A stretch of 64,000 nt of DNA, from contig JAQXDW010000095.1 of assembly GCA_029251165.1 (NCBI GenBank), forward strand, positions 4,423 to 68,422. Reading direction: 5' to 3'. The notes beneath the pieces are model-generated. The model made no database searches. It had not been told where the DNA came from and saw only the letters and a program-made list of their open reading frames with translations. Made by a program: the position numbers and the translations under genes. Shown in pieces: positions 9,789 to 18,153 of the stretch. Origin of the DNA: Myxococcota bacterium. GTDB lineage: Bacteria; Myxococcota_A; UBA796. Within the stretch, counting starts at the first letter, position 1. Each line of letters begins with the position of its first letter.

Positions 9789-10711
9789 TGCCGATGGACT
9801 GGTCCGGTCTTCGGGTGCTGGTCACCGGGGGCCGTGGGTTCCTCGGTCGCTACATCGTCGCTGCGCTGGAGGCGCGGGGAGCCGAGCCGGTCGCGGTGGG
9901 CCGCGCAGAAGCCGACCTCTGCGATCAGGCCGCCACTGAGGCGATGGTCGCGGCTGTCCAGCCCCACGCGGTGATTCACTGCGCGGTGGAGGGCGGGGGC
10001 ATCGGCTGGATGCGGGACCACCCCGTCGAGTCCGGGCTCAACAGCACCCGGATGAACATCAACATCCTCTCTGCTGCCCAGCAGCATGGGGTGTCGCTGT
10101 TCGTGGGGGTCTCCTCCGCCTGCGTCTACCCCCGGCTCTGCCCGGTTCCGTTTGAGGAGTCCGACATCTGGAAGGGCTATCCCGAGCCGATCAACGGCCC
10201 CTACGCCCTCTCCAAGCGCCTGATGATGGACCTCGGCGCGGCCTGCACCCGGCAGTACGGCCTCAAGACTGTCTTTCCGATCCTCGCCAACCTCTACGGC
10301 CCCTACGATCACACCGACTCCCGTCGGGCGCATGTGGTGGCGGACCTGATGATCCGCTGCGCGTCGAGGCCGGAGTCGCTGACGGTGTGGGGAACCGGCA
10401 GCGCGAGTCGGGAGTTCCTCTATGCTGCAGACGCTGCGGAGGGGATCCTGGCGGCCGCTGCGGGACCGGCAGGGGCGATCAACATCGGCAGCGGAGAGGA
10501 GGTGAGCATCCTCGACCTTGCCCGTGCAGTGCTCACAGCCTGGAGGCTGGACATCCCCATCCTCCTCGACCGCAGCAAGCCGGACGGACAGCCCCGGAAG
10601 TGCCTGTCGGTGGAGCACGCCGCGTCGGTGCTCGGCTGGCGGGCGCCGACCAGCCTCGCGGACGGTCTCGCAGAGACGGCGGAGTGGTATGACGGCGTGC
10701 TGGGCGGGTGA
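9788..10711 (+). CDS. fcl: GDP-L-fucose synthase-like epimerase/reductase
   Basis: VTGGRGFLG, GGGIG, SSACVYP, YALSK, NLYGP, VWGTGSASREFLY, KPDGQPRK. Confidence 0.8.
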   Translation: MPMDWSGLRVLVTGGRGFLGRYIVAALEARGAEPVAVGRAEADLCDQAATEAMVAAVQPHAVIHCAVEGGGIGWMRDHPVESGLNSTRMNINILSAAQQHGVSLFVGVSSACVYPRLCPVPFEESDIWKGYPEPINGPYALSKRLMMDLGAACTRQYGLKTVFPILANLYGPYDHTDSRRAHVVADLMIRCASRPESLTVWGTGSASREFLYAADAAEGILAAAAGPAGAINIGSGEEVSILDLARAVLTAWRLDIPILLDRSKPDGQPRKCLSVEHAASVLGWRAPTSLADGLAETAEWYDGVLGG

Positions 10712-10790
10712 GGGGACTCACGCCTTCGCCTGAGGAGAGCGCTCTACCGGAACGGAATACAGATGCCGTCTGGTTGTCTACGTTTAATCA

Positions 10791-10820
10791 GTGGTTTTCG
10801 TTTTGTTTTGAGAAAACCAC
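10791..10820. other. AT-rich inverted repeat (terminator or operator)
   Basis: GTGGTTTTC-N12-GAAAACCAC in an AT-rich intergenic region. Confidence 0.4.
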
Positions 10821-10961
10821 CTAAAACCTGCCCCTTAATTTCACCCCTGACGTTTCTCCTATGAGCCGCACAGACAAGCACTGTGCCTCACTGGGGAAGT
10901 GAAGACACGCGGGATGTTCCGTTGTGTTTTTCGTAGCTGTCACCACTCGAGGGGGAAGACA

Positions 10962-11426
10962 ATGATGATCCGTTCCATGCTCACGCTGCTGCTGCTGGGC
11001 CTCACGGCCTGTGACCTGGGAGAATTCAAGATCGACATCAACACCGATGGCATCGGTGACGAGGAGGACTTCGAGGGTGAAGAAGACTTCGAGGGTGAGG
11101 AGGACTGTGAGGAAGAAGACGAAGAGGACTGTGAGGAGGGGTGGGGCGACGAAGACGAGTGCGAGGCGCTGCTCGAGGAGGTCGAGGAGTACCTTGAGGA
11201 GTCGGGTCTCGACAGCGAAGAGCTGATTTCGCTGCTGGAAGAGGGGGAGACGGAGGAGGTGATGGCGCTGCTGGAAGAGTCCGGCATCGAGGCGGACGAG
11301 GAGCTGCTCGAGGAGATCACCGCGTGCTTCGACGAAGAGGACGAGGATGAGGATGAGGATGAGGACGAGGATGAGGACGAGGACGAGGATGACGAGGATG
11401 ACGAGGACGAGGATGACGAGGACTGA
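10962..11426 (+). CDS. Extremely acidic lipoprotein with poly-Asp/Glu tail
   Basis: MMIRSMLTLLLLGLTAC lipobox; purine-rich RBS upstream; last 31 residues are all D/E. Confidence 0.75.
   Translation: MMIRSMLTLLLLGLTACDLGEFKIDINTDGIGDEEDFEGEEDFEGEEDCEEEDEEDCEEGWGDEDECEALLEEVEEYLEESGLDSEELISLLEEGETEEVMALLEESGIEADEELLEEITACFDEEDEDEDEDEDEDEDEDEDDEDDEDEDDED
11337..11423 (+). repeat. Coding GAGGA(C/T) hexamer microsatellite
   Basis: Imperfect tandem GAGGAC/GAGGAT units encoding (ED)n. Confidence 0.85.
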
Positions 11427-11705
11427 GCGTCTGCTGAGCTGACGTGACGGCCCGCGTGTACACCGATGCTTCGGGGTACATCGCGGGCGACTGTCGTCTG
11501 GTGTGGTCCTGCCTCGGAGTGCATGTCGGACCTGCTGGTACACGCCATCGATGGCAGCGCGCTGCTCAGGCTGCGGTGTCGGCGCTCAAAGGAGCTGGCG
11601 GTCTGCTGCGTGCTGAGCCCTGTAAGCCCTCATCCGAGCCCTGCGCTCGCGGCTCCGGCACACCCACAGCGGCTCCCCTTGGCGTCGCGCAGGGCCCCGG
11701 GCGGA

Positions 11706-13295
11706 TCATGGATCTTCACGTCCCGCGCGCGCAATCTGTCTCCCTCCGAGGTTCGCTGACAGCCCGGTGAACCCCTGAAGCTCGGTGATCGAGGCGATCT
11801 GTCCATCAACCACCGCCCGAAAGATCCCCCCACGAGCCCCCACCTGCAGTCCAAAGACCGGCCCGAGCGGAAGGTGCACACCGCCGCCGGCCCACACCCC
11901 GGGTGCCACAGTCTCCGCAGTAAACACCTCGACTCCCTCGATGTCGCCTTCTTCGTAGTCGTAGTTGTCCAGGCGCTGCGTGATCCAAGCGGCCTGAGCA
12001 CCTGCACTGACGGAGAGATCCAGCCTCGGCTGGTGACGCTCAACGAGCACCCCTCCGGCGAGCCGACTCGACGCGGTCAGCAGCTCGCCTCCCCAGGACT
12101 CCATCGCTCCTCGACCGGTACCGATGACCCCGACGATCCCGAGTCCGGGCCGCAGGAGGTGGCGGACCTCTGCCTCGATCCCGAGGTGAGATGGCGTGCC
12201 CGACAGCAGCGGCGGTGCTGCGGTGCCGTGGAGGGAGAGCCGAAGCGGGCGGAGGTTCCAGCCACCCCGCGCCAGCGGATCGCCGAGCGCGATGGAGTCC
12301 ATCTGGGCATCCTCCAGCCAGCGGTCTCCGCCCCACACCAGGTCCACCTCTGCGAGCAAGACGTCTTCCTGGCGCACCTTCCGCACGAGGTAGCGGCCGG
12401 TCGGCAGCGCGAGACGCCGCTGCTCTCCGGCAGTCTTTTCGATTCGGGCGACCACCAGCCCGGTGCTGACCGAGACGACGGTGTAGGTGCCCTCCAGCTC
12501 TTCGGGCAGCAGCAGTCCGGCCGCGCGGCTGGAGATCCGGGTGAGCACCACCGAGCCGACACCCTCCAGATCGTACCGACGCTCTGGGCGCTGGATGCTG
12601 CTGGCGGCGGCGGTGGAGGTGATGGTCTCGGTCCGGGCGTAGGTGTAGGCCTCTTCCAGTGAGATCTCACCGTCGCCGTCGCCGTCGGCGCTGCCCCGCA
12701 GTCCGCTGAGCAGCGACTGGGTGAACACGCCGCCGCCGAAGGCATCTGCCTCTCGGGCGACCTCGGCGGGGCCTGTGGAGGTGATGACTGCGAGGCCGGA
12801 CATGGTGAGGGTGTCGTCCACTACGATCTCGACCGCCTCGACCGGTGTGCCGCCCCGGCTGCGGGTCAGCACGCCAGAGCCGCAGGCATCCACGAACGCG
12901 ATCCGCACCTCCGCAGCGCTCGACTCCAGCCACCGCCGCAGGACCGCCATCGGCAGCAGGTTGCCGGAGAGGTGCAGCCCGTCGGGACTGGCGTGGCCGG
13001 AGTAGAAGAAGATGAGCATGACGTCATCGCCCCGGGCAGTGATCTCCCGGATCTGGGCCTCGGTCTGGAACACCGCCTCGCGGACCGCAGCGGCGCTCGT
13101 GCCGGTCAGCAGCAGCGTGCGGTCCCGAGACAGCGCCCCCTGCTGCTGGAACAGCCGGGCCATGTCTCGGGCCTCTTGCTCGGCGTAGGTCAGCTCGGCG
13201 TCCTCGCCAAAGCCGATGTTGTTTCCGATAAAGACACCGACCCGCACCGTCTCGGCGCGGGCGATCATCCCAGCCAGCAGCAGGGCAGTGCTCAT
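11706..13295 (-). CDS. Exported caspase-like (peptidase C14) protein with beta-strand-rich C-terminus
   Basis: Signal-like MSTALLLAGMIARA; IGNN.G, L.YAEQEA, FFYSGHA (His), FVDACGSG (Cys), GGVFT..LL.GLRG.AD.DGDG.ISL.EAY. ATG 13295 overlaps the upstream stop. Confidence 0.85.
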   Translation of the reverse strand: MSTALLLAGMIARAETVRVGVFIGNNIGFGEDAELTYAEQEARDMARLFQQQGALSRDRTLLLTGTSAAAVREAVFQTEAQIREITARGDDVMLIFFYSGHASPDGLHLSGNLLPMAVLRRWLESSAAEVRIAFVDACGSGVLTRSRGGTPVEAVEIVVDDTLTMSGLAVITSTGPAEVAREADAFGGGVFTQSLLSGLRGSADGDGDGEISLEEAYTYARTETITSTAAASSIQRPERRYDLEGVGSVVLTRISSRAAGLLLPEELEGTYTVVSVSTGLVVARIEKTAGEQRRLALPTGRYLVRKVRQEDVLLAEVDLVWGGDRWLEDAQMDSIALGDPLARGGWNLRPLRLSLHGTAAPPLLSGTPSHLGIEAEVRHLLRPGLGIVGVIGTGRGAMESWGGELLTASSRLAGGVLVERHQPRLDLSVSAGAQAAWITQRLDNYDYEEGDIEGVEVFTAETVAPGVWAGGGVHLPLGPVFGLQVGARGGIFRAVVDGQIASITELQGFTGLSANLGGRQIARAGREDP

Positions 13296-14041
13296 GGCAT
13301 GTCGTCCTCTCCCTTCACGATCATCACCGATCGCTGCTGGTCTGCGGCACCGGGCAGGACATCGAGATCCGCCAGCGGTGCCCGCCACGCGCGCTGGACC
13401 GCACCGGAGACGATCGCCTCGGTGATCTCTTCGTCGTCGAGCAGGAAGAAGATGCGCTCGCTTCCCGCATAGTCGTCGAGCACCACCGCATGCTCCGTGG
13501 TCTCCCCCTTTCCGATCGGCTCGCTGGTCAGGTAGGGCTGCAGCGTGCCGTCGTCCTGGAGGTTGTAGACGGCGATGTAGCCGTCGGACTCGGCGGTGAT
13601 GATGTACTGGATGCGATCGCCGGCCTGCGCACGGATGAGGCTTGCCTGGGTGTCGGCTTGCCCGTCTCGGACTCGGACGATCTCCAGTCCGATGCCCTCA
13701 CCTCGGGCCACCATGCCGCCAGGGGTTGCGGGGTCGGTGATGGTGACGGCGAGGATGGCGGCAGCGGCCGCCGCGAGCCCGCCGAGCAGCATCGGCGGCG
13801 GACTCAGGATGCGCCGCCACCACGGCTCGACCTCGGCGGGCAGCCGAAGGACGGGCATGCCCTGTGCGGCATCGGTGACCTCGGCATGGATGCGCTGTAC
13901 CCGGTCGTCGAGCGAAGGATCCGCAGCACGGGCGGCAGCGAGGGCCTCGGCGCGGGCCGGGTCCAGGCGTCCAAGCGCTGCGAACTCCAGCTCCAGCCGG
14001 GTGAAGGTGTCGGAGGGGTCTGCGGGCATGTCGGCTCTCAT
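13292..14041 (-). CDS. Putative membrane anti-sigma factor with DUF4384-like extracytoplasmic domain
   Basis: Short helical N-terminus, one TM (LLGGLAAAAAAILAVTI), then GDRIQY...GYIAVY...VVLDD..GSERIFF. Translationally coupled to the ECF sigma. Confidence 0.65.
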   Translation of the reverse strand: MRADMPADPSDTFTRLELEFAALGRLDPARAEALAAARAADPSLDDRVQRIHAEVTDAAQGMPVLRLPAEVEPWWRRILSPPPMLLGGLAAAAAAILAVTITDPATPGGMVARGEGIGLEIVRVRDGQADTQASLIRAQAGDRIQYIITAESDGYIAVYNLQDDGTLQPYLTSEPIGKGETTEHAVVLDDYAGSERIFFLLDDEEITEAIVSGAVQRAWRAPLADLDVLPGAADQQRSVMIVKGEDDMP

Positions 14042-14544
14042 GGTGACTCCACGGCGAGCAGGGGGGGGTCGGCACCGAGCAGGGCACGCGCGCGTGCCTC
14101 CAGCCGCGCCAGGTTGCGCCGGATGGTGCGCTGGGAGGTGTCGAAGTGCTCGGCGATCTCCTGGATTCGCCAGCCCTCGCCCAGCCGCAGCCGCAGCATC
14201 GCGGCGTCTCGGGGGCCGAAGCGATCGAGGAGGCGTCGGACATCGAGCTGGGAGCCGGCGCCAGCTCGCTCGGGGGCGGGCAGGCTGAGCCAGGTGAGGG
14301 GATCGTCTTGCCAGGGGCGGCGCTTTCGCAGCACGTCGAGGGAGGTGTTCCGCGCGATGGTCTGGAGCCAGGCGAGGGGGTGTCGTCCGTCGAACCGTCG
14401 CCGAGCCTTCCAGGCGCGCAGGAAGGTCTCCTGGAGGGCCTCGTCGGCGTCGGCTTCGTTGCCGCAGATCGATCGACACCGTGCGCGAACAGCCGGTCCG
14501 TAGTCGGCGTAGAGCGACTGGAATTCTGCCTGCGTCAAGCTCAT
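14038..14544 (-). CDS. ECF sigma-70 factor
   Basis: LYADYGPAV..., ADADEALQETFLRAW, WLQTIARNTSLDVLRKR (region 2); EGWRIQEIAEHFDTSQRTIRR (region 4). ATG 14544. Confidence 0.9.
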   Translation of the reverse strand: MSLTQAEFQSLYADYGPAVRARCRSICGNEADADEALQETFLRAWKARRRFDGRHPLAWLQTIARNTSLDVLRKRRPWQDDPLTWLSLPAPERAGAGSQLDVRRLLDRFGPRDAAMLRLRLGEGWRIQEIAEHFDTSQRTIRRNLARLEARARALLGADPPLLAVESP

Positions 14545-15209
14545 TCGTCGCACGCTGCGGTCAGTCCGCCGAGCCCGGTGCCGGTGAACACCATCTGGGC
14601 GGCTCCGGAGAGCCAGGAGATGGACACGACGCGCACTCCCTCCTCCTCCTGCTCCACCAGGTCCTCCTCCGACAGCGGATAGAGCGAAGCCGCGAGGGAA
14701 CCCCGGGCCAGCGCGAGCTCTGGCAGCATGCCGACCCACTGGCTGCCCTCGGTGAATTCGCCGTCGTCTCCATCCAGCATGAGATCTTCGGTGAGCGCAT
14801 CGAGGTCACCCTCGCCCAGCAGCAGCGCTCGGGAATCCACAGCGCCCCATGCGCCAGGCTCGTCAGCCAGCTCTTCTGCCTCTGCGACCTCGTCGGGATC
14901 GACCCGCTCCGGGTTGACCAGGACCAGCAGCCCCAGCGCCCAGCGATACGCGCCCTCTTCGATCCAGACCGGAGACTCGTAGAGCTCGGGAGGCTCGGCG
15001 TAGACCCGGCCCATGGTCAGCTCTGGCGCGATGTCCTCCAGCGCGATGAGGCTGCACTCCGCGAGCAGTCCCTCGTCGTCGTCGATGAGCCACCGAAGCG
15101 ACCACGCCGGCTCTGTTGGAAGCGGTGGAATGTCCGACAGCTCCGCCAGGGCATCTCCGCTGAGGAGCCCATCGCCGCAGCCGGCCAGGACGAGTATGAG
15201 CATCGGCAT
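14541..15209 (-). CDS. Acidic lipoprotein, first gene of the ECF-caspase operon
   Basis: MPMLILVLAGC lipobox; stop overlaps the sigma start (ATGA). Confidence 0.7.
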   Translation of the reverse strand: MPMLILVLAGCGDGLLSGDALAELSDIPPLPTEPAWSLRWLIDDDEGLLAECSLIALEDIAPELTMGRVYAEPPELYESPVWIEEGAYRWALGLLVLVNPERVDPDEVAEAEELADEPGAWGAVDSRALLLGEGDLDALTEDLMLDGDDGEFTEGSQWVGMLPELALARGSLAASLYPLSEEDLVEQEEEGVRVVSISWLSGAAQMVFTGTGLGGLTAACDE

Positions 15210-15375
15210 CGTGTGGATCTGCTCCGGTCTGACAGAGAAACGAACCGCACACGATTATGGGGCGTTTTTCTGTTTTTTTTTGGACGCTGTCCAAAATCGC
15301 TGTCGACTGAAGTCGCTGGGAGCGGCATGAGAGAGTGTCCATCAGCGTGCTATGCTCGCCGCCGGAGGAGCCGCC

Positions 15376-16356
15376 ATGGTCCTGCTGCTGCTGAGTGCCT
15401 GCCTGGAGCGGGTGACTGGCGAGGACGTACCACTGGACCCTGCATTCTACGCCGCCCATGAAGGTGAGCATGGCGAGGGTGGGGTCGGCGGCGGGAGCGC
15501 AATCCCGTTCTCTGATGTCGACGGAGAGAAGGTCACGGTTCGCGGCGTGGTCGAGTCGGTCATCGCTGACCTGCCGGTCGACATCGACGTCCGCGTGCCG
15601 GATCCCGCCGCGCCTGGAGGGGTCGCGGGGAAAGGAAAGATCCTCCTTGATTTTCCCGGTGAATTTGAGCTGAGTGTGCCCCGTGGACTGGGCACGCTGG
15701 AGCTTCAGGCCTTTCAGGATGCAGACTCCGACGGCCCGACCGGCGACGATCCCTTCGCCGCTGCATGGCTGGAGGTGGGCGAGGTTGATGTCACCGATGT
15801 CGTCCTCGTCCTGGAGGCGGGTGCGCGCGGAGGCGGCCCGGTCCACGAGGCCGCGCCTCCGGGTGCCCCAGGCGGCGGTCCGGGCGGCGGTCCGGGCGGC
15901 GGCGGAGGCCCCAGCGCGGCAGGCCCAGGGGGCAACCCCGATCCGTTCGCCGGCATCGCGGGGGATCGGGTGGTGCTGTCGGGAGAGCTGATCTGCGACT
16001 GCACCGGCAGCGTCGACCTCGACCTGTTCGCACCAGATAGCGCCGCGCCGGGCGGCCGCCGGATGCTGGGCAAGATGAAGATGGCGGTGGGAGGGTACGA
16101 GCTGCACGTCCCTGAGCACTTCGGACCGCTGATCCTGGAGGGCTTCGTCGACACCACCGGCGACGGACCCTCCCCCGGCGATGCGATGGGGAAGTACACC
16201 GGAAACCCCGTCAACATCGGTGACAACGATATCGACAGCGTCGACATCACACTGCTTGTCCCTGCCGACGGCATGATGCCCCAGGGCGATCCCAAGCCCC
16301 CGCCGAAGCCTGAGGATCTCCAGCCGGCCAGCCCGCCACCGAGCGGCGGGATCTGA
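15376..16356 (+). CDS. Lipoprotein with two repeated beta-sandwich-like domains and a Gly/Pro linker
   Basis: GGAGG RBS then MVLLLLSAC; internal duplication (PDPAAPGG..GK / PDSAAPGG...GK; AFQDADSDGP / GFVDTTGDGP). Confidence 0.75.
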   Translation: MVLLLLSACLERVTGEDVPLDPAFYAAHEGEHGEGGVGGGSAIPFSDVDGEKVTVRGVVESVIADLPVDIDVRVPDPAAPGGVAGKGKILLDFPGEFELSVPRGLGTLELQAFQDADSDGPTGDDPFAAAWLEVGEVDVTDVVLVLEAGARGGGPVHEAAPPGAPGGGPGGGPGGGGGPSAAGPGGNPDPFAGIAGDRVVLSGELICDCTGSVDLDLFAPDSAAPGGRRMLGKMKMAVGGYELHVPEHFGPLILEGFVDTTGDGPSPGDAMGKYTGNPVNIGDNDIDSVDITLLVPADGMMPQGDPKPPPKPEDLQPASPPPSGGI

Positions 16357-16441
16357 TCGCCCGGGCGTGACGCGAGGTGGCGGACTGGCCGCAGCGATGA
16401 CGCAGTTTTGGACATGAGATGACGGACAGTCCTGAGGACAT

Positions 16442-16450
16442 TGCTATAAT
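16442..16450 (+). promoter_or_regulatory. Extended -10 promoter element
   Basis: TGcTATAAT about 70 bp upstream of the 16522 start. Confidence 0.5.
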
Positions 16451-16521
16451 GCCTGCCGTGCTGTTGCTGTCGTCGGCCTTCTGGTAAGGTCCGGCCTCCT
16501 GACGGCGACTGGAGTGCCGAA

Positions 16522-18153
16522 ATGGGCGTGTTGATAATCAGTGCACTGATGGGTGTGGCTCTTGCCGCAGACTCTCCGGAGAGCGTCGGCGATCTCACCA
16601 TCTCTGAGTTCATGGCTGAGCCACAGGAGGTCCCCAATTACACCGGGGAGTGGTTCGAGCTGTACAACGCCTCGGGCAAGGAGCTGGATCTGCAAGGTCT
16701 GGTCGTGCGCGGGGACACCGACTCCGGCTTCACGGTGACCAGCTCGGTCATCGTGCCCGCTGGAGACTATGTGGTGCTCGGAGTGGGAGACTGCGACGAC
16801 TACACCAGCTGCTCCTCCAACCAGTACAACGGCGGGATCGCGATGGACTACGTCTACGATCGCACCACCTTTGAGCTGGACGAGGACGGCGACACGATCC
16901 GCATCGTCTTCAACAGCCTCAACATCGATCAGGTCAGCTGGAGCTCTACCTGGCCGATCCAGAACGACTACGCGCTGCAGGCGAACACCAACGCCTACGA
17001 TCTGGAGTGGGCCAACAACCTCAACCACAATTGGTGCTCCTCAGACGCCCGCTACGGAGACGAGGCCCTCTACGGAACCCCGGGCGAGGCCAACCAGCCC
17101 TGCGACGACTCCAACCTCGACGACGACGGCGACGGCTACACCGAGGCCAACGGCGACTGCGACGACACCGACCCCTACGTCCATCCCGGCGCCTATGACG
17201 GCTCGGTCCACGACGACACCACCGGCGACTACACCCTCGGCGAGGGCTGCTGCGGCAACATCGACGACGACGCGGACTGCGACGGTGTGCGAGACGATGG
17301 TGACCTCGACCGCGACGGCGACGGCTACTCCGAGATCAACGGCGACTGCGACGACAGCGACGCTGAGCGCAACCCGGGCGCGGTCGAAGAGGACGGCTAC
17401 ACCGGAGTCGATGACGACTGCAACGACTGTGTGGACGACTTCGACGATGACGAGGATGGCTACTCGGACTGTCCTGAGTGGTCCTCGCCCTTCGACGAAG
17501 ATCCCGCACAGGCGGACTGCGACGACGACAACGAGACCGCCTTTCCCGGCGCCAGCGAGGCTCCCTACGACGCGATCGACAACGACTGCGACGGCTTCGA
17601 CCAGTGCGACGTCGACGGCGACGGCTACCTCGCGCTGCCCGAGACGGTCTGCTCAGGCCTCGACGCTGACGGCGACGGGGTGCTGGACTGCTGCGCGGAG
17701 GAGGACTTCGAGAACCATCCCGACGGCGCGAAGGTCGAGGGGGACTGCGACGACAACAACGCCGCGGTCAACCCAGGCAGCACCGAGGGCTCAGTGGAGA
17801 CCGGCGGTCAGGCGGACGGCATCGACAACGACTGCAACGGCACCATCGATGATCCCTACCAGGATCTCGATCAGGACGGCTGGGCGGGCTCTGATGGCGA
17901 CTGCAACGATGACCCCGATGATCCAAACGCCATCTTCATCTACCCCGGCGCGGAGGAGCTCTGTGATGACTTCCTCGACAACGACTGCGATGGTCTGTTC
18001 AACGATGGCTGCGAGAACCGAGGCAAGTACGCTTCCTTAGAGGGTGGAAGTCTCTGCGGGCTGAGTCCGCGCGGATCCAATAAGAGTGCGGTGCTGCTGC
18101 TGCTGACCCTGATCGCTGTGGTCGTGCGGGCGCGTGGAGAGAGATCATGCTGA
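16522..18153 (+). CDS. Surface protein: lamin-tail domain + Asp/Cys-rich (MopE-like) repeats + MYXO-CTERM-like anchor (TraA-like architecture)
   Basis: Signal peptide; LTD motifs GDLTISEFMAEP, GEWFELYN, GTPG..N; DCDD...PGA.E..D.IDNDC.G repeats; C-terminal GGSLCG-linker-TM-RARGER. Confidence 0.8.
   Translation: MGVLIISALMGVALAADSPESVGDLTISEFMAEPQEVPNYTGEWFELYNASGKELDLQGLVVRGDTDSGFTVTSSVIVPAGDYVVLGVGDCDDYTSCSSNQYNGGIAMDYVYDRTTFELDEDGDTIRIVFNSLNIDQVSWSSTWPIQNDYALQANTNAYDLEWANNLNHNWCSSDARYGDEALYGTPGEANQPCDDSNLDDDGDGYTEANGDCDDTDPYVHPGAYDGSVHDDTTGDYTLGEGCCGNIDDDADCDGVRDDGDLDRDGDGYSEINGDCDDSDAERNPGAVEEDGYTGVDDDCNDCVDDFDDDEDGYSDCPEWSSPFDEDPAQADCDDDNETAFPGASEAPYDAIDNDCDGFDQCDVDGDGYLALPETVCSGLDADGDGVLDCCAEEDFENHPDGAKVEGDCDDNNAAVNPGSTEGSVETGGQADGIDNDCNGTIDDPYQDLDQDGWAGSDGDCNDDPDDPNAIFIYPGAEELCDDFLDNDCDGLFNDGCENRGKYASLEGGSLCGLSPRGSNKSAVLLLLTLIAVVVRARGERSC

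Noticed and set aside
10940-11548. Poly-Ser antisense ORF
   Set aside because: Mirror of the D/E microsatellite; the plus-strand frame has the lipobox and RBS.
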